28,608 bases of DNA, taken from the NCBI GenBank assembly GCA_016184305.1, contig JACPCX010000186.1:1-28608 (forward strand), in the 5' to 3' direction. The translations under genes and the position numbers were made by a program. The DNA comes from Candidatus Rokuibacteriota bacterium (GTDB lineage: Bacteria > Methylomirabilota > Methylomirabilia > Rokubacteriales > CSP1-6). Positions 8,114 through 17,407 of this stretch are shown piece by piece. The stretch's first letter is position 1; each line of letters opens with the position of its first letter. The notes beneath the pieces were generated by a model. The model was not told the origin of the DNA. It saw only the letters and a list, made by a program, of their open reading frames with translations, and did not search any database.

Positions 8114-8918
8114 CCGCGTGGGCGGAGCGGCACCCCGACGCCTCCGCGGCGCTGGCCCTCTTCGTGCCGCCCTTTGCGGTGCACGCGCCGGCCTTCCTTT
8201 CCACGGCGCGGCGGGCGGCACTCATCGCGTCACCATACGAGAGCATGGTCCCCACCTGGTCCGCCTCGAGACGGAGGCCGAGGCGGCGGCCTACCTCGTG
8301 CTGACCGACACCTGGTTTCCCGGCTGGCGGGCGCGCGTGGACGGGGCCGACCAGCCGATCTGGCGGGCGGACCACGCGCTGCGCGCCGTCACGCTGGGAC
8401 CGGGATGCCACGAGGTCGAGTTCCGCTACGAGCCGGGGCCGGTACGCCTCGGCCTCGGGCGCAGAGGTGACGGTCCATGCCCGGTACGCGGGAAGAGAGC
8501 CCTCCCGTGGCGCCGCGCGCTTCGACGTTTTCCTGGTCGCCTTCATCGGGTGGGACACGGCCGTTCTCCTCGGCCCGGACGGCAGCGTCGCGGCCGGGCC
8601 CCTCCCCCAGCGGCTGGGGATTTCCCTGGCAGACTTCATGCCTCTCGTGGTGCGCTCGCGCTGGGAGCGCAGGGTGGGATCGCTCCTGGTCGCCATGATC
8701 GCGGTCCCTGCGGGCGCAAGCCCCCTAACCGTTCCCGGTGGGCCTTCCGGCCGGGTTTCGACACGCTGACGCTGAGGCCCCCCTCCCCTGGCGGCCCGGG
8801 GGGAGGACCCGGGCCGCTGATCCCGACCCTTCTCGGTCTCCTGGTCCTGGCGGCCTCGGTTCTGGTGGGGCCATATCCGTGGGGCCTCCGGGAATTGGAG
8901 GGCGAGGTACAGCAGTGA
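8101..8918 (+). pseudogene. internally deleted, frameshifted tandem paralog of the YfhO gene
   Basis: MRRVTAWAERHPDASAALAL matches the YfhO N-terminus MSRVSEWGRRRPDAAAGWAL, then jumps in another frame to YLVLTDTWFPGWRARVDG...HEVEFRYEP, then to FDVFLVAFIGWDTAVLLGPDG...WERRVGSL and RSRWAFRP, all matching the upstream gene's C-terminal domains. Confidence 0.85.
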
Positions 8919-8943
8919 GGATGCGGCCCTCGCCGGACAGGGG

Positions 8944-8956
8944 CAAGGGACTGATT
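8944..8956 (-). promoter_or_regulatory. putative IHF binding site upstream of the sigma54 promoter
   Basis: Minus strand AATCAG-TCCC-TTG fits WATCAR-N4-TTR, about 45 bp upstream of the -24 element, within an AT-richer patch. Confidence 0.45.
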
Positions 8957-8997
8957 TTCTTGGGAGCCCTTGAGGCTCAAGAAATCTTTCGAGCATC

Positions 8998-9013
8998 CGG
9001 CACATGCCTTGCT
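8998..9013 (+). promoter_or_regulatory. sigma54 (RpoN) -24/-12 promoter of the pilin gene
   Basis: CGGCAC-ATGCC-TTGCT matches YGGCAC-N5-TTGCW with exact GG-N10-GC spacing, about 80 nt upstream of the pilin ATG. Confidence 0.85.
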
Positions 9014-9095
9014 AGTATGATTGCACAGATACGCATGTGGGCCGAGGCGGGCGAGTTGGTCACCAACTCTGAACCGGGCAAGGGAGGACAAATCG

Positions 9096-9596
9096 ATGTT
9101 CACGGGGGCGATGCGATCGCTGTATGGCGAGGAGCGAGAGCGGGGCTTCACCTTGGTCGAGCTACTGATCGTGATCCTGATCGTGGGGATCCTGGCGGCA
9201 GTGGCCGTGCCGCTCTACCTGGGCTACACGCAGGACGCCAGGAGCGCCGAGGGCAAAGCGCTGGCTGGCTCGGCCATGACTGCGCTGCAGGGCTGCGTGC
9301 AGGCGCGGGGCGGGGGGGGCAGCTGCACCCGGGCGGACGTCGCAGGGCGGATCGGGGTGAGCTCGGCGACCGGGTTGACGGGCGATACCCGCTGGACGGT
9401 GGGGACGGCGAGCCTGACGGTGAGCACGGCAGCGGTGCCCACCTTCTCGGGGACGATCAACGTCTTTGGGGTGGCGGCGCGGGACACGAACAACATCGCG
9501 ATGGCGATGTACCCGGGGACCTGGGGTGTGGAACTGAGATGCACGACGACCTCGCTGACGCCGCCACCCACCAGCACGTCTAACGAGCCCTGCTAG
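9096..9596 (+). CDS. pilA: type IV pilin (probable major pilin)
   Basis: Class III signal MFTGAMRSLYGEERERG|FTLVELLIVILIVGILAAVAVPLY (G-1, F1, E5); GGGAGG RBS at 9082-9087; 166 aa with four Cys; own sigma54 promoter and 3' hairpin. Confidence 0.93.
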   Translation: MFTGAMRSLYGEERERGFTLVELLIVILIVGILAAVAVPLYLGYTQDARSAEGKALAGSAMTALQGCVQARGGGGSCTRADVAGRIGVSSATGLTGDTRWTVGTASLTVSTAAVPTFSGTINVFGVAARDTNNIAMAMYPGTWGVELRCTTTSLTPPPTSTSNEPC

Positions 9597-9620
9597 ACAG
9601 TCGCCCCTCTGCCTCGCCGG

Positions 9621-9654
9621 CGGGGTGATGGGATCGCCCGATCCCGTCACCCCG
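9621..9654 (+). terminator. strong stem-loop after the pilin gene (terminator, attenuator or mRNA stabiliser)
   Basis: CGGGGTGATGGGATC-GCCC-GATCCCGTCACCCCG: 15-bp stem with one G-U pair; weak U-tract. Confidence 0.75.
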
Positions 9655-9757
9655 GGTTGCTCCCGACGCGCAGCGATGCTGCTCCCAAGCGGACCGATCA
9701 GGGAGGAGACGCGAGCATCACCCCCACGCCGAGGAGCCGGAGGCAGCTCCGCTCCGG

Positions 9758-11797
9758 GTGGCATCCTGGGACCTATTGCATCGCTGCAGCCACGGGTGTG
9801 ATCCTGCGGTGCTCGGAAAGCTCGCTGCCCCGGCCCGCCTCGACGGGCGCGGTTTCCTGGTAGCCCGACCGTCCCCCGGCAGCACGGGGGCTCGTCCCTT
9901 CCCTCTCTGGAGCGATGCTCTCCTCGTCGCTCTCGTCACCGTGGTCGCCTTCCTGCCGGGGATCTTTGGCGAGTTCGTCGGCTGGGACGACGACCGGAAC
10001 TACCTGGACCTCACCCCCTGGCGCGGCCTGGGGCTCCGCCAGCTCGCCTGGATGTTCACGGCGTTTCACATGGGGCATTACCACCCGCTCACCTGGGTGA
10101 CGCTCGGCGCCGACTACGTGATATGGGGCCTCAACCCCTTCGGCTTTCACCTCACGAGCCTGCTGCTCCACGGGGCCGCAGCCGTGACCTTCCTCCACAT
10201 CGCGCGGCGGCTGCTCGGGGCGGCGCTGCCCGCAGGCCCGGGCGGTCCCGCGCTCCGGGTCGGCGCCGTGGCGGCGGCGCTCCTGTTCGCGGTGCACCCG
10301 CTGCGGGTGGAGTCCGTCGTGTGGCTTTCCGAGCGGCGGGACGTGCTCTCCGGGCTCTTCTACCTGCTCACCGTCCTCGCCTATCTCAAGGCCGTCTCCG
10401 CGCGCTCGGAAGGCTCCGCGCCCAGCGCCTGGCGCTGGTACGGCGCCTCCATCGTCATCTTCGTGGCGGCGCTCCTCTCCAAGGGGCTGGTCGTGAGCCT
10501 GCCGGCCGTCCTCATGATCCTGGACGTCTATCCGCTGAGGCGGCTCGGCGGGGCGGCCGGGTGGATGACGCCGGCTGCGCGGCGGATCTGGGCCGAGAAG
10601 ATCCCGTTCGTCCTGCTCGGCCTGGCGGGCACCGTCGTGGCGTTCCTCGCCCGCGCGCCGCTTCAGTCTGCCGTCGGGCTCAAGGACTTCGGCATCGCCG
10701 AGCGCGCCGCGTTGTCGCTCTACGGCTACGCGTTCTACCTGAGGAAGATGCTCCTCCCCTACGGCCTCTCGCCGCTCTACGAGATGGACCGGGGCTTCGA
10801 TCTCTTCGGCGCACCCGTGCGCTGGAGCGCGGCGGCGGTGCTCCTCCTGGCCGCCGTGGTGATGATCATGCGTCGGCGCTGGCCCGCGCTCGCTGCCGTG
10901 GCCGCTGCCTACGCCATCACGCTCCTGCCCGTGATCGGGGTGGTCCAGAGCGGCCCCCAGATCACCGCCGACCGCTACACCTATCTGGCCTGTCTCGGCT
11001 GGGCGCTGCTCGCCGGGGCGGCCGTGGCCTGGTGCGCCGAGCGGTGGATGTCCGGGGCGCCCCGGCGGGTGCTCTGGGGCGGGTCGCTCGCAGCCGCGAC
11101 TCTCGCCGTCGTCGTGCTCGTGGGCGTGACGGCGCGGCAGAGCCTGATCTGGTTCGACTCCCTCTCGCTCTGGACGCACGCCGTCGCCCTCGATCCATCC
11201 AGCGCCCGGGCTCGCACCGGGCTCGCCGCCGCCTACTTCGCGGCGGGGAAGCGCGAGGAGGCGCAGCGACAAATCGAGCAGGCGGTGAGGCTCTCCTCGC
11301 AGATGCCCGAGGCGCTCATGGGGCTGGCGGCGATGCTGAGCCTGTCGGGGCAGGCCGAGGAGGCTCTTTCATACGCGAGGGGCGCCGTGAGCCGGCGACC
11401 GCATGATTCCAACCTCCACCACCTCCTGGGCGAGCTGCTGCGCGTCGCGGGCAAGCGGGAGGAGGCCGTGGCCGAGTTCAGCGAGGCCATGCGCCTGGCG
11501 CCCGATTGGTCCGTGACCCGCTTTGTGATGGCGAGGACGCTCGCCGAGCTGGGGCGCACCCAGGAGGCTCTCGCAACTCTCGCCGAGGCCGATCGGCTCG
11601 CCCAGTCCCAGAACCCGGCGGACCCCGAGCGCGACCGCTACCAGGCGCTGGTGTACACCCGCACCGACCCTCAGCGCGCCATCGCCGCCTGGGACAGGTA
11701 TCTGGCCGCGCTCACCCGTGCTCAGACTCTCAGCCCCCAGCAAGCCGCGAAGGCGCTCGAGGCCCTCGGCGCGCTGGAAGATCTCCAGCGGAAGTAA
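9758..11797 (+). CDS. TMTC-like protein O-glycosyltransferase (GT-C membrane domain plus C-terminal TPRs), copy 1
   Basis: EFVGWDDDRNY, HYHPLTWVTLGADY, HPLRVESVVWLSERRDVL, ALLSK and ADRYTYL motifs, then TPR repeats (HAVALDPSSARARTGLA; FSEAMRLAPDW). Start codon uncertain and may be downstream. Confidence 0.85.
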   Translation: MASWDLLHRCSHGCDPAVLGKLAAPARLDGRGFLVARPSPGSTGARPFPLWSDALLVALVTVVAFLPGIFGEFVGWDDDRNYLDLTPWRGLGLRQLAWMFTAFHMGHYHPLTWVTLGADYVIWGLNPFGFHLTSLLLHGAAAVTFLHIARRLLGAALPAGPGGPALRVGAVAAALLFAVHPLRVESVVWLSERRDVLSGLFYLLTVLAYLKAVSARSEGSAPSAWRWYGASIVIFVAALLSKGLVVSLPAVLMILDVYPLRRLGGAAGWMTPAARRIWAEKIPFVLLGLAGTVVAFLARAPLQSAVGLKDFGIAERAALSLYGYAFYLRKMLLPYGLSPLYEMDRGFDLFGAPVRWSAAAVLLLAAVVMIMRRRWPALAAVAAAYAITLLPVIGVVQSGPQITADRYTYLACLGWALLAGAAVAWCAERWMSGAPRRVLWGGSLAAATLAVVVLVGVTARQSLIWFDSLSLWTHAVALDPSSARARTGLAAAYFAAGKREEAQRQIEQAVRLSSQMPEALMGLAAMLSLSGQAEEALSYARGAVSRRPHDSNLHHLLGELLRVAGKREEAVAEFSEAMRLAPDWSVTRFVMARTLAELGRTQEALATLAEADRLAQSQNPADPERDRYQALVYTRTDPQRAIAAWDRYLAALTRAQTLSPQQAAKALEALGALEDLQRK

Positions 11798-11799
11798 GG

Positions 11800-13761
11800 A
11801 TGGGCGGGGAAGTGCTGGAGGCTGAGGGGGCCATGGGTCGCTCCTGGCCTCGCCGCGGCGACTCGGCGCTCGTCCTGCTCGTGACCGCTCTCGTCTTCCT
11901 CCCGGGCGTCTTCGGGGAGTTCGTCAACTGGGACGATGATCGGAATTTCCTGCAAAACCTCGACTATCGCGGCCTCGGCTGGGCCAACTTGCGCTGGATG
12001 CTCACGACGTCCCACATGGGCCCCTGGGCGCCGCTGAGCTGGGTCACCCTCGCCGCCGACTATCTCCTCTGGGGGATGAGCCCGCGCGGCTACCATGTCA
12101 CGAGCCTCCTCTTCCATTCGGCCAGCGCGGCGCTCTTCCTGCTGATCGCTCGCCGGCTGCTCCGGGCGGCGCAGCCCGGGGCGCCCGAGGGAGCGCTCAG
12201 GATCGGCGCCGTGGGCGCGGCCCTCCTGTTCGCGGTGCACCCGCTCAGGGTGGAGTCCGTCGTGTGGATCACCGAGCGCCGCGACGTGGTCTCCGGTTTC
12301 TTCTACATGCTCACCGTGCTCGCATACCTCAGGGCGGTGGAGGGGCGCCTGGCGGGAATGCGGCTCGGGGGGAGGTACTGGCTGAGCCTCGGCTGCTTCG
12401 CCGCGGCCGTGCTCTCCAAGTCCATGGTGGTGAGCCTCCCCGTGGTGCTCCTGATCCTCGACGTCTATCCGCTCGGGCGGCTCGGGGGCCGGGCGGGCTG
12501 GACCGGGGCGGCGGCCCGGCGGGTCCTGGCGGAGAAGATCCCGTTCCTCCTCGTGGCCGCCGCCGGGGCGGCGGTGGCGTTCCTGGCCCTCCGGCCCTGG
12601 GGCAACCTGCTCTCCCTCGGCGATTTCGGGCCGGCCCAGCGCGCCGCGGTATCGGTGTACGGCGTGGCGTTTTACCTGTGGAAGACGCTCGTGCCCATCG
12701 GCCTCTCGCCGCTCTACGCCCTGCCGCGCTCGGTGGACCCGCTCGCTCTCCCGTTTGTCTTCTCCGGAGTCGTCGTGCTGGCGCTGAGCGCCGCTGCGGT
12801 CATCATGCGGCGCCGCTGGCCCTGGCTCGCCGCCGCCTGGTCCGCGTATGTGGTCACGGCCCTGCCGGTGCTCGGGGTGTTCCAGAACGGGCCGCAGATC
12901 GCCGCGGACCGCTACACCTATCTCCCGGTGCTCGGATGGGCGCTCCTCGGCGGGGCGGGCCTCGCCCGCTGCGCCGGCCGGTGGATGGTCGGGGCGGCCG
13001 GCAGGCGCTCTGCCGGTGCCGTCCTGTCCGCCGCCGTCGCGCTGCTGATCGCGCTGGCGGCGCTCGCCGCGAGGCAGGCCCTCGTCTGGCAGGACTCGGT
13101 CACGCTCTGGCGCCACGCGGTGGCGCTCGATCCCGGGAGCGTCCGCTCCCGCGTGCACCTGGGCGGCGCGCTCATGGGAGCCGGGTGGCTCGAGCCCGCC
13201 ACCCGGCAGTTCGAGGCCGGGCTGCGGCTCGACCCCACCGACCCCGAGGCGCTCATCGGCCTGGCGGCGACCCTCGGGGCGTCGGGACGCGGCCAGGAGG
13301 CTGTGGCGCCCGCCACGGAAGCCGCGCGGCGGCGTCCGGGAGACGCCGAGATCCAGTACCATCTGGGTGAGGTGTTGAGGCTGGTGGGGCGCCGCGAGGA
13401 GGCCCTTGCGGCGTATCGCCAGTCAATGCGGTTCAGGCCTCGCTGGCCGGTTGGCGGTTATCGCGCGGCGACCACGCTGGCCGAGCTGGGGCGGACCGAG
13501 GAAGCCGTCGCCGCGCTCGCGGAGGCACAGCGGGTGGGGCGAGCCATCGATCCCGGCGATCCCGAGGCCGAGCGGGTCACCGCGCTGGTCTACGCGCGCT
13601 CGGATCCCATCCGCGCCATCGAGGCGTGGGAGCGCTACCTCTCGCTCATGGGTCGGCTCCCGGATCCGAGTCTGCCCGAGATGGCCAGGATGATGGAGGC
13701 CATGGTGTCTCTCGATGCCCTCCGCCGCCAGCAGGGCGCGCCCGCCGTGTCGCGCCCATGA
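11800..13761 (+). CDS. TMTC-like protein O-glycosyltransferase (GT-C plus TPRs), copy 2
   Basis: EFVNWDDDRNF, HPLRVESVVWITERRDVV, ADRYTYL and TPRs (FEAGLRLDPTDPEALIGLA); close tandem paralog of copy 1. Start ATG 11800 or 11833. Confidence 0.87.
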   Translation: MGGEVLEAEGAMGRSWPRRGDSALVLLVTALVFLPGVFGEFVNWDDDRNFLQNLDYRGLGWANLRWMLTTSHMGPWAPLSWVTLAADYLLWGMSPRGYHVTSLLFHSASAALFLLIARRLLRAAQPGAPEGALRIGAVGAALLFAVHPLRVESVVWITERRDVVSGFFYMLTVLAYLRAVEGRLAGMRLGGRYWLSLGCFAAAVLSKSMVVSLPVVLLILDVYPLGRLGGRAGWTGAAARRVLAEKIPFLLVAAAGAAVAFLALRPWGNLLSLGDFGPAQRAAVSVYGVAFYLWKTLVPIGLSPLYALPRSVDPLALPFVFSGVVVLALSAAAVIMRRRWPWLAAAWSAYVVTALPVLGVFQNGPQIAADRYTYLPVLGWALLGGAGLARCAGRWMVGAAGRRSAGAVLSAAVALLIALAALAARQALVWQDSVTLWRHAVALDPGSVRSRVHLGGALMGAGWLEPATRQFEAGLRLDPTDPEALIGLAATLGASGRGQEAVAPATEAARRRPGDAEIQYHLGEVLRLVGRREEALAAYRQSMRFRPRWPVGGYRAATTLAELGRTEEAVAALAEAQRVGRAIDPGDPEAERVTALVYARSDPIRAIEAWERYLSLMGRLPDPSLPEMARMMEAMVSLDALRRQQGAPAVSRP

Positions 13762-13768
13762 GCGCCGC

Positions 13769-15499
13769 GTGACGTCCCGGACCGGCCTGCTCCTGGGGCT
13801 GGCCACGGCCCTCTGCCTCGTCCCCTTCGCCGGCAAGGCCTTCCACGTGGATGACCCGCCTTTCTTGTGGGCCGCCCGTCAGATCCAGTCGCAGCCGACC
13901 GACTTCTACGGCTTCCGCCTCAACTGGTTCGGCGCCGAGCAGCCGATGTGGGAGGTGGCGACGAACCCGCCCCTGACCTCGTACTATCAGGCCGCGGCCG
14001 CCGCGCTGGCCGGCTGGAGCGAGAGGGCGCTCCACCTGGCGTTCCTCCTTCCCGCCCTCGCCGCCGTCCTCGGGACCTATGTCCTGGCCCGAGGGCTCTG
14101 TGCCCACCCGGCGCTCGCGGCGCTCCTGGCGCTCGTCAATCCCGCCTTCGTGGTGTCGAGCACGAGCGTGATGTCGGACATCATGCTCGTGGCCTTCTGG
14201 GTCTGGGCCGCGGCGCTCTGGGTGCGCGGGCTCGCGCGGGAGTCGCCCGCTACTCTCGCCGGCGCCGCCTGCCTCGTGGCGCTCGCCGCGCTCACCAAGT
14301 ACTACGGGGCAAGCCTCGTGCCCCTCCTCTTCGCCTACGGGCTGGCCGCACGCCGTCGCCCAGGCACATGGGCGCTCTGGCTCCTGCTCCCTCTCGGGGC
14401 GCTGGCGGCCTACCAGGGGGCGGCGCTTGGCCTCTACGGGCGTGGGCTCGTCTTCGACGCGGGATCGTATGCGGGCGCCTTCCGCTCCGCGATGGGCGTG
14501 CCGCTCTGGGCCAGGGGCGCCACGGCGCTGGCCTTCGCCGGCGGCGGCCTCGCGACGCTGGCGTTCCTTGCACCGTGGTGCTGGTCGCGCCGCGCCGTCG
14601 GCTACGCCTGTGCCGCCGCGGCTGCCGCCATGCTCGCCGTCGTCAGTGCGGGCAGCATCGGCGGCTTCCCGCTCGTCGAGGCGGGCGGTGTCCGCTGGGC
14701 CGTCGTCGTCCAGCTGGGCCTCTGGGGTCTCGGCGGGCTCACGGTCGTGGCGCTCGCCGCGGCGGACCTCTGGCATCGGCGCGACGCCGGCTCGCTCCTT
14801 CTCGGGCTATGGGTCCTCGGCACGCTCGCCTTCGCCGGCCTCATGAACTGGTCGGTCAACGCGCGCTCGATCCTGCCCATGGCCCCGGCGGCAGCGATCC
14901 TCCTCGCGCGCCGGCTCGAGCAGCGGGGCGCGCTCGCTCACGGGCGGCTCCGGTGGCCGCTGCTCTTGCCGCTGGCGGCAGGCGCCGCGCTGGCGCTCTG
15001 GGTCGCCGGGTCCGACTACAGCTTGGCGAACAGCGCGCGTCAGGCCGCCGCCGTGGTCCACCGGCTCTACGGCCGGGGGCCGGGTCCGCTCTGGTTCGAG
15101 GGACACTGGGGCTTCCAGTACTACATGGAGGCGGCGGGCGGCCGCTCCGTGGACTGGAACGGGGCGCGTCCTTCACCGGGGGAATGGCTCGTGGTCCCGG
15201 CCAACAACACCAACACCTTCCTCATGCCTCGCGGTGCCGTGTCGCTCCATCGGGTCGTGGAGGTGCCCTCGCCGGGTGTCATGGCGACCATGAACCGGTC
15301 GGTGGGCGCGGGGTTCTACTCGGATGTCTGGGGGCCGCTGCCCTTCGCTGTGGGCCGCGTGCCCCCGGAGCGCTACTACGTCTTCGTGGTCGGGGGCCGG
15401 GTCGAAACCCCGGCGCCCGCGTCACGCGGCTTGATGGGGGCGGTTACCGGCGGACCGGCCACGACGCCCCCCAGACCGGAAGGTCGCCTCCCCCGGTAG
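13769..15499 (+). CDS. PMT_2/ArnT-like (GT39/GT83-type) membrane glycosyltransferase
   Basis: HVDDPPF acidic loop after TM1, NPPLTSYY, SVMSDIM, ALAALTKYYG, NARSILP; many TM segments. GTG start at 13769, just after the upstream TGA. Confidence 0.8.
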   Translation: MTSRTGLLLGLATALCLVPFAGKAFHVDDPPFLWAARQIQSQPTDFYGFRLNWFGAEQPMWEVATNPPLTSYYQAAAAALAGWSERALHLAFLLPALAAVLGTYVLARGLCAHPALAALLALVNPAFVVSSTSVMSDIMLVAFWVWAAALWVRGLARESPATLAGAACLVALAALTKYYGASLVPLLFAYGLAARRRPGTWALWLLLPLGALAAYQGAALGLYGRGLVFDAGSYAGAFRSAMGVPLWARGATALAFAGGGLATLAFLAPWCWSRRAVGYACAAAAAAMLAVVSAGSIGGFPLVEAGGVRWAVVVQLGLWGLGGLTVVALAAADLWHRRDAGSLLLGLWVLGTLAFAGLMNWSVNARSILPMAPAAAILLARRLEQRGALAHGRLRWPLLLPLAAGAALALWVAGSDYSLANSARQAAAVVHRLYGRGPGPLWFEGHWGFQYYMEAAGGRSVDWNGARPSPGEWLVVPANNTNTFLMPRGAVSLHRVVEVPSPGVMATMNRSVGAGFYSDVWGPLPFAVGRVPPERYYVFVVGGRVETPAPASRGLMGAVTGGPATTPPRPEGRLPR

Positions 15500-15515
15500 G
15501 CTGGCGGCCCGGGGC

Positions 15516-17407
15516 TCACTGCCTTCGCCAGATGGCCCCGTTCCACCAGAAGATGTGCTTCCGGTCATGCGAGACGGTGCCGGAGACATTCCAGCGCTTC
15601 GCCGACACGACGCCGTCCTGGATCACGCCCTCGGATTGGGCCCCTGTCTGACTGACGAGGACGAGGGCTTCCCCCTCCGCGCGGCGCACGAAGGCCGGTC
15701 CGCCGCCGGTCTCCCACACGCCCAGGATGTCCTGGACCTGCGCGCGCTCGTCGACGCACGAGATCTCCAGCACGCGCCCGCCCCGCGTCGCGATCGTCTC
15801 GCGATTGAGGTTCCACGAGGTGGCCGGGAACAGGATGTCCAGGAAGTGCGGGGTGTCGACCCGCTGCCTCAGGTAGGGCGCGAACCACGGGAGCGGCGCG
15901 TTGCCCGGACACGTCCGGGACACCCTGAAATAGACGTCCCCCTGATTCCGCTCGTGCCAGCGCTCGGCGTGATAGAGCAGCTCGAGTCGGGGCGCCGCGT
16001 AGAGGTGGCGCTGGTCGGACAGCAACGACGCGGTCTCGACCGCGTTGACGAGCGCCAGCCCGCACAGCCCGGCGACGAAGAGCCGCCGGCAGGTCGTCCT
16101 CGCCGCCCCGTGCCGCCCGACTTCCCGGTCGCCGTCCCCGACCAGAGCGCGAGCGCATGCACCACGAAGACGCCCAGGATGGCGATGTAGGCGTAGTTCA
16201 GATTCTGCAGCATGTAGGACGCGGGGCGCGGGAGCAAGCGTCCGAACGAGACGATGGACGCGTAGGCCAGGACGAAGGCATAGCCCGGAGCGAGCCGGCC
16301 GAGGCCCGCGAGGCCGCAGCGTTGCCACCACGGGAGGATCAGGCCTGCTCCGCCGATGGCGGCGGCGCCCACGCTCGCCACGTTGCCCAGAAGCCACGGG
16401 CCGCCGGGCCGCCTGAAGCCCAGGAACAGGACCCTGTTGCCGGCCGCGAGCTGGTACACGGGGGGCAGGAGGGCCCCGCCGAGCCAGAAATACAGCCCGG
16501 AGACCGCCAGGGTCAGTCCGCCGAGGACGTCGACCGAGGCGCTCGCCCGGAGGTCCGAGGCCTGGACACTCCCCAGGCGGGCGAAGAAGTCGATCGGGCT
16601 GACGGTCTTGTACAGGACAGGGACCAGGGCGAGCATCGTCGCGAGCCGGACGCGCCCCCTCACGCCGCGGGGATCGGGCGGGAGTGCGTGGTCCCGCGTC
16701 GTTCGCTTCCAGCGGATCGCAGAAGCCAGCGACGCCAGTGCGGCGAGGAGGGAGTACACGCTCCCGAGCTCATAGGTGAACGCCGCGCCGATCGCGAGCA
16801 GCACCGACGTGTCGGCCGCGCGTGGACGGTCAGTCTCGAGGTAGTCGAGGAGGAAGGAGAGCGAAAGACTGGCCAGCACCGTGAAGAGGATGTAGCCGGT
16901 GATGTGGTGCCAGACTACCATCTCGGAGGAGATGAGCAGGCTCGAGAAGAGCCCCGCGACGACCAGGTTCGCCGCCGGGGTTCGCGGGGAGGCTCTCCCG
17001 AGGAGTCCGTACAGCAACACCGACTGCGCGGCGTGAAGGGCGATGCCGGCAGCCTGCCAGAGGACGAAGCTCGGGCCGAAGAGGATCTGCTGCACGGCCA
17101 GGAAGAGGTAGAGGAAGGGCCGGAACAGGATGTGATCGCCGATGGAGACGGTGCGGTTCCACGAGGGCGAGTACCCGAGGATCTCGAGCGCGCTGTCAAA
17201 CTGGCTGGCTTCGTAGAGGTGGACGAGCTGGTCCCATCGCGGGACGCCCCAGAGGCCATCGCGGTACACGACCGCGACGAAGAGGCCGAGGAGAACTCGG
17301 GGACACTGGGGGTGTGTCACGAGCCTTTGCAGTCGTGGTCGGAGGGCTATCACCAGCGCTCCGGCGCCGCTTGGCGGGGTCCCGCGTCCGTTGACGTCAG
17401 AACGCAT
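15516..17407 (-). pseudogene. paralog of the 2804..4669 membrane protein, split by a single frameshift near 16095-16140 (pseudogene or sequencing error)
   Basis: 5' part (ATG 17407; YRDGLWGVPRWDQLVHLYEASQF, SWNRTVSIGDHILFRPF) and 3' part in another frame (APRLELLYHAERWH, CPGNAPLPWFAPY, SHDRKHIFWWNGAIWRR) align colinearly with the intact paralog. Confidence 0.8.

Noticed and set aside
9096..9596. Type II secretion pseudopilin (GspG) or conductive e-pilin
   Set aside because: No T2SS genes nearby and no GspG C-terminal DPWG motif; it is full length and aromatic-poor, unlike short aromatic-rich e-pilins.
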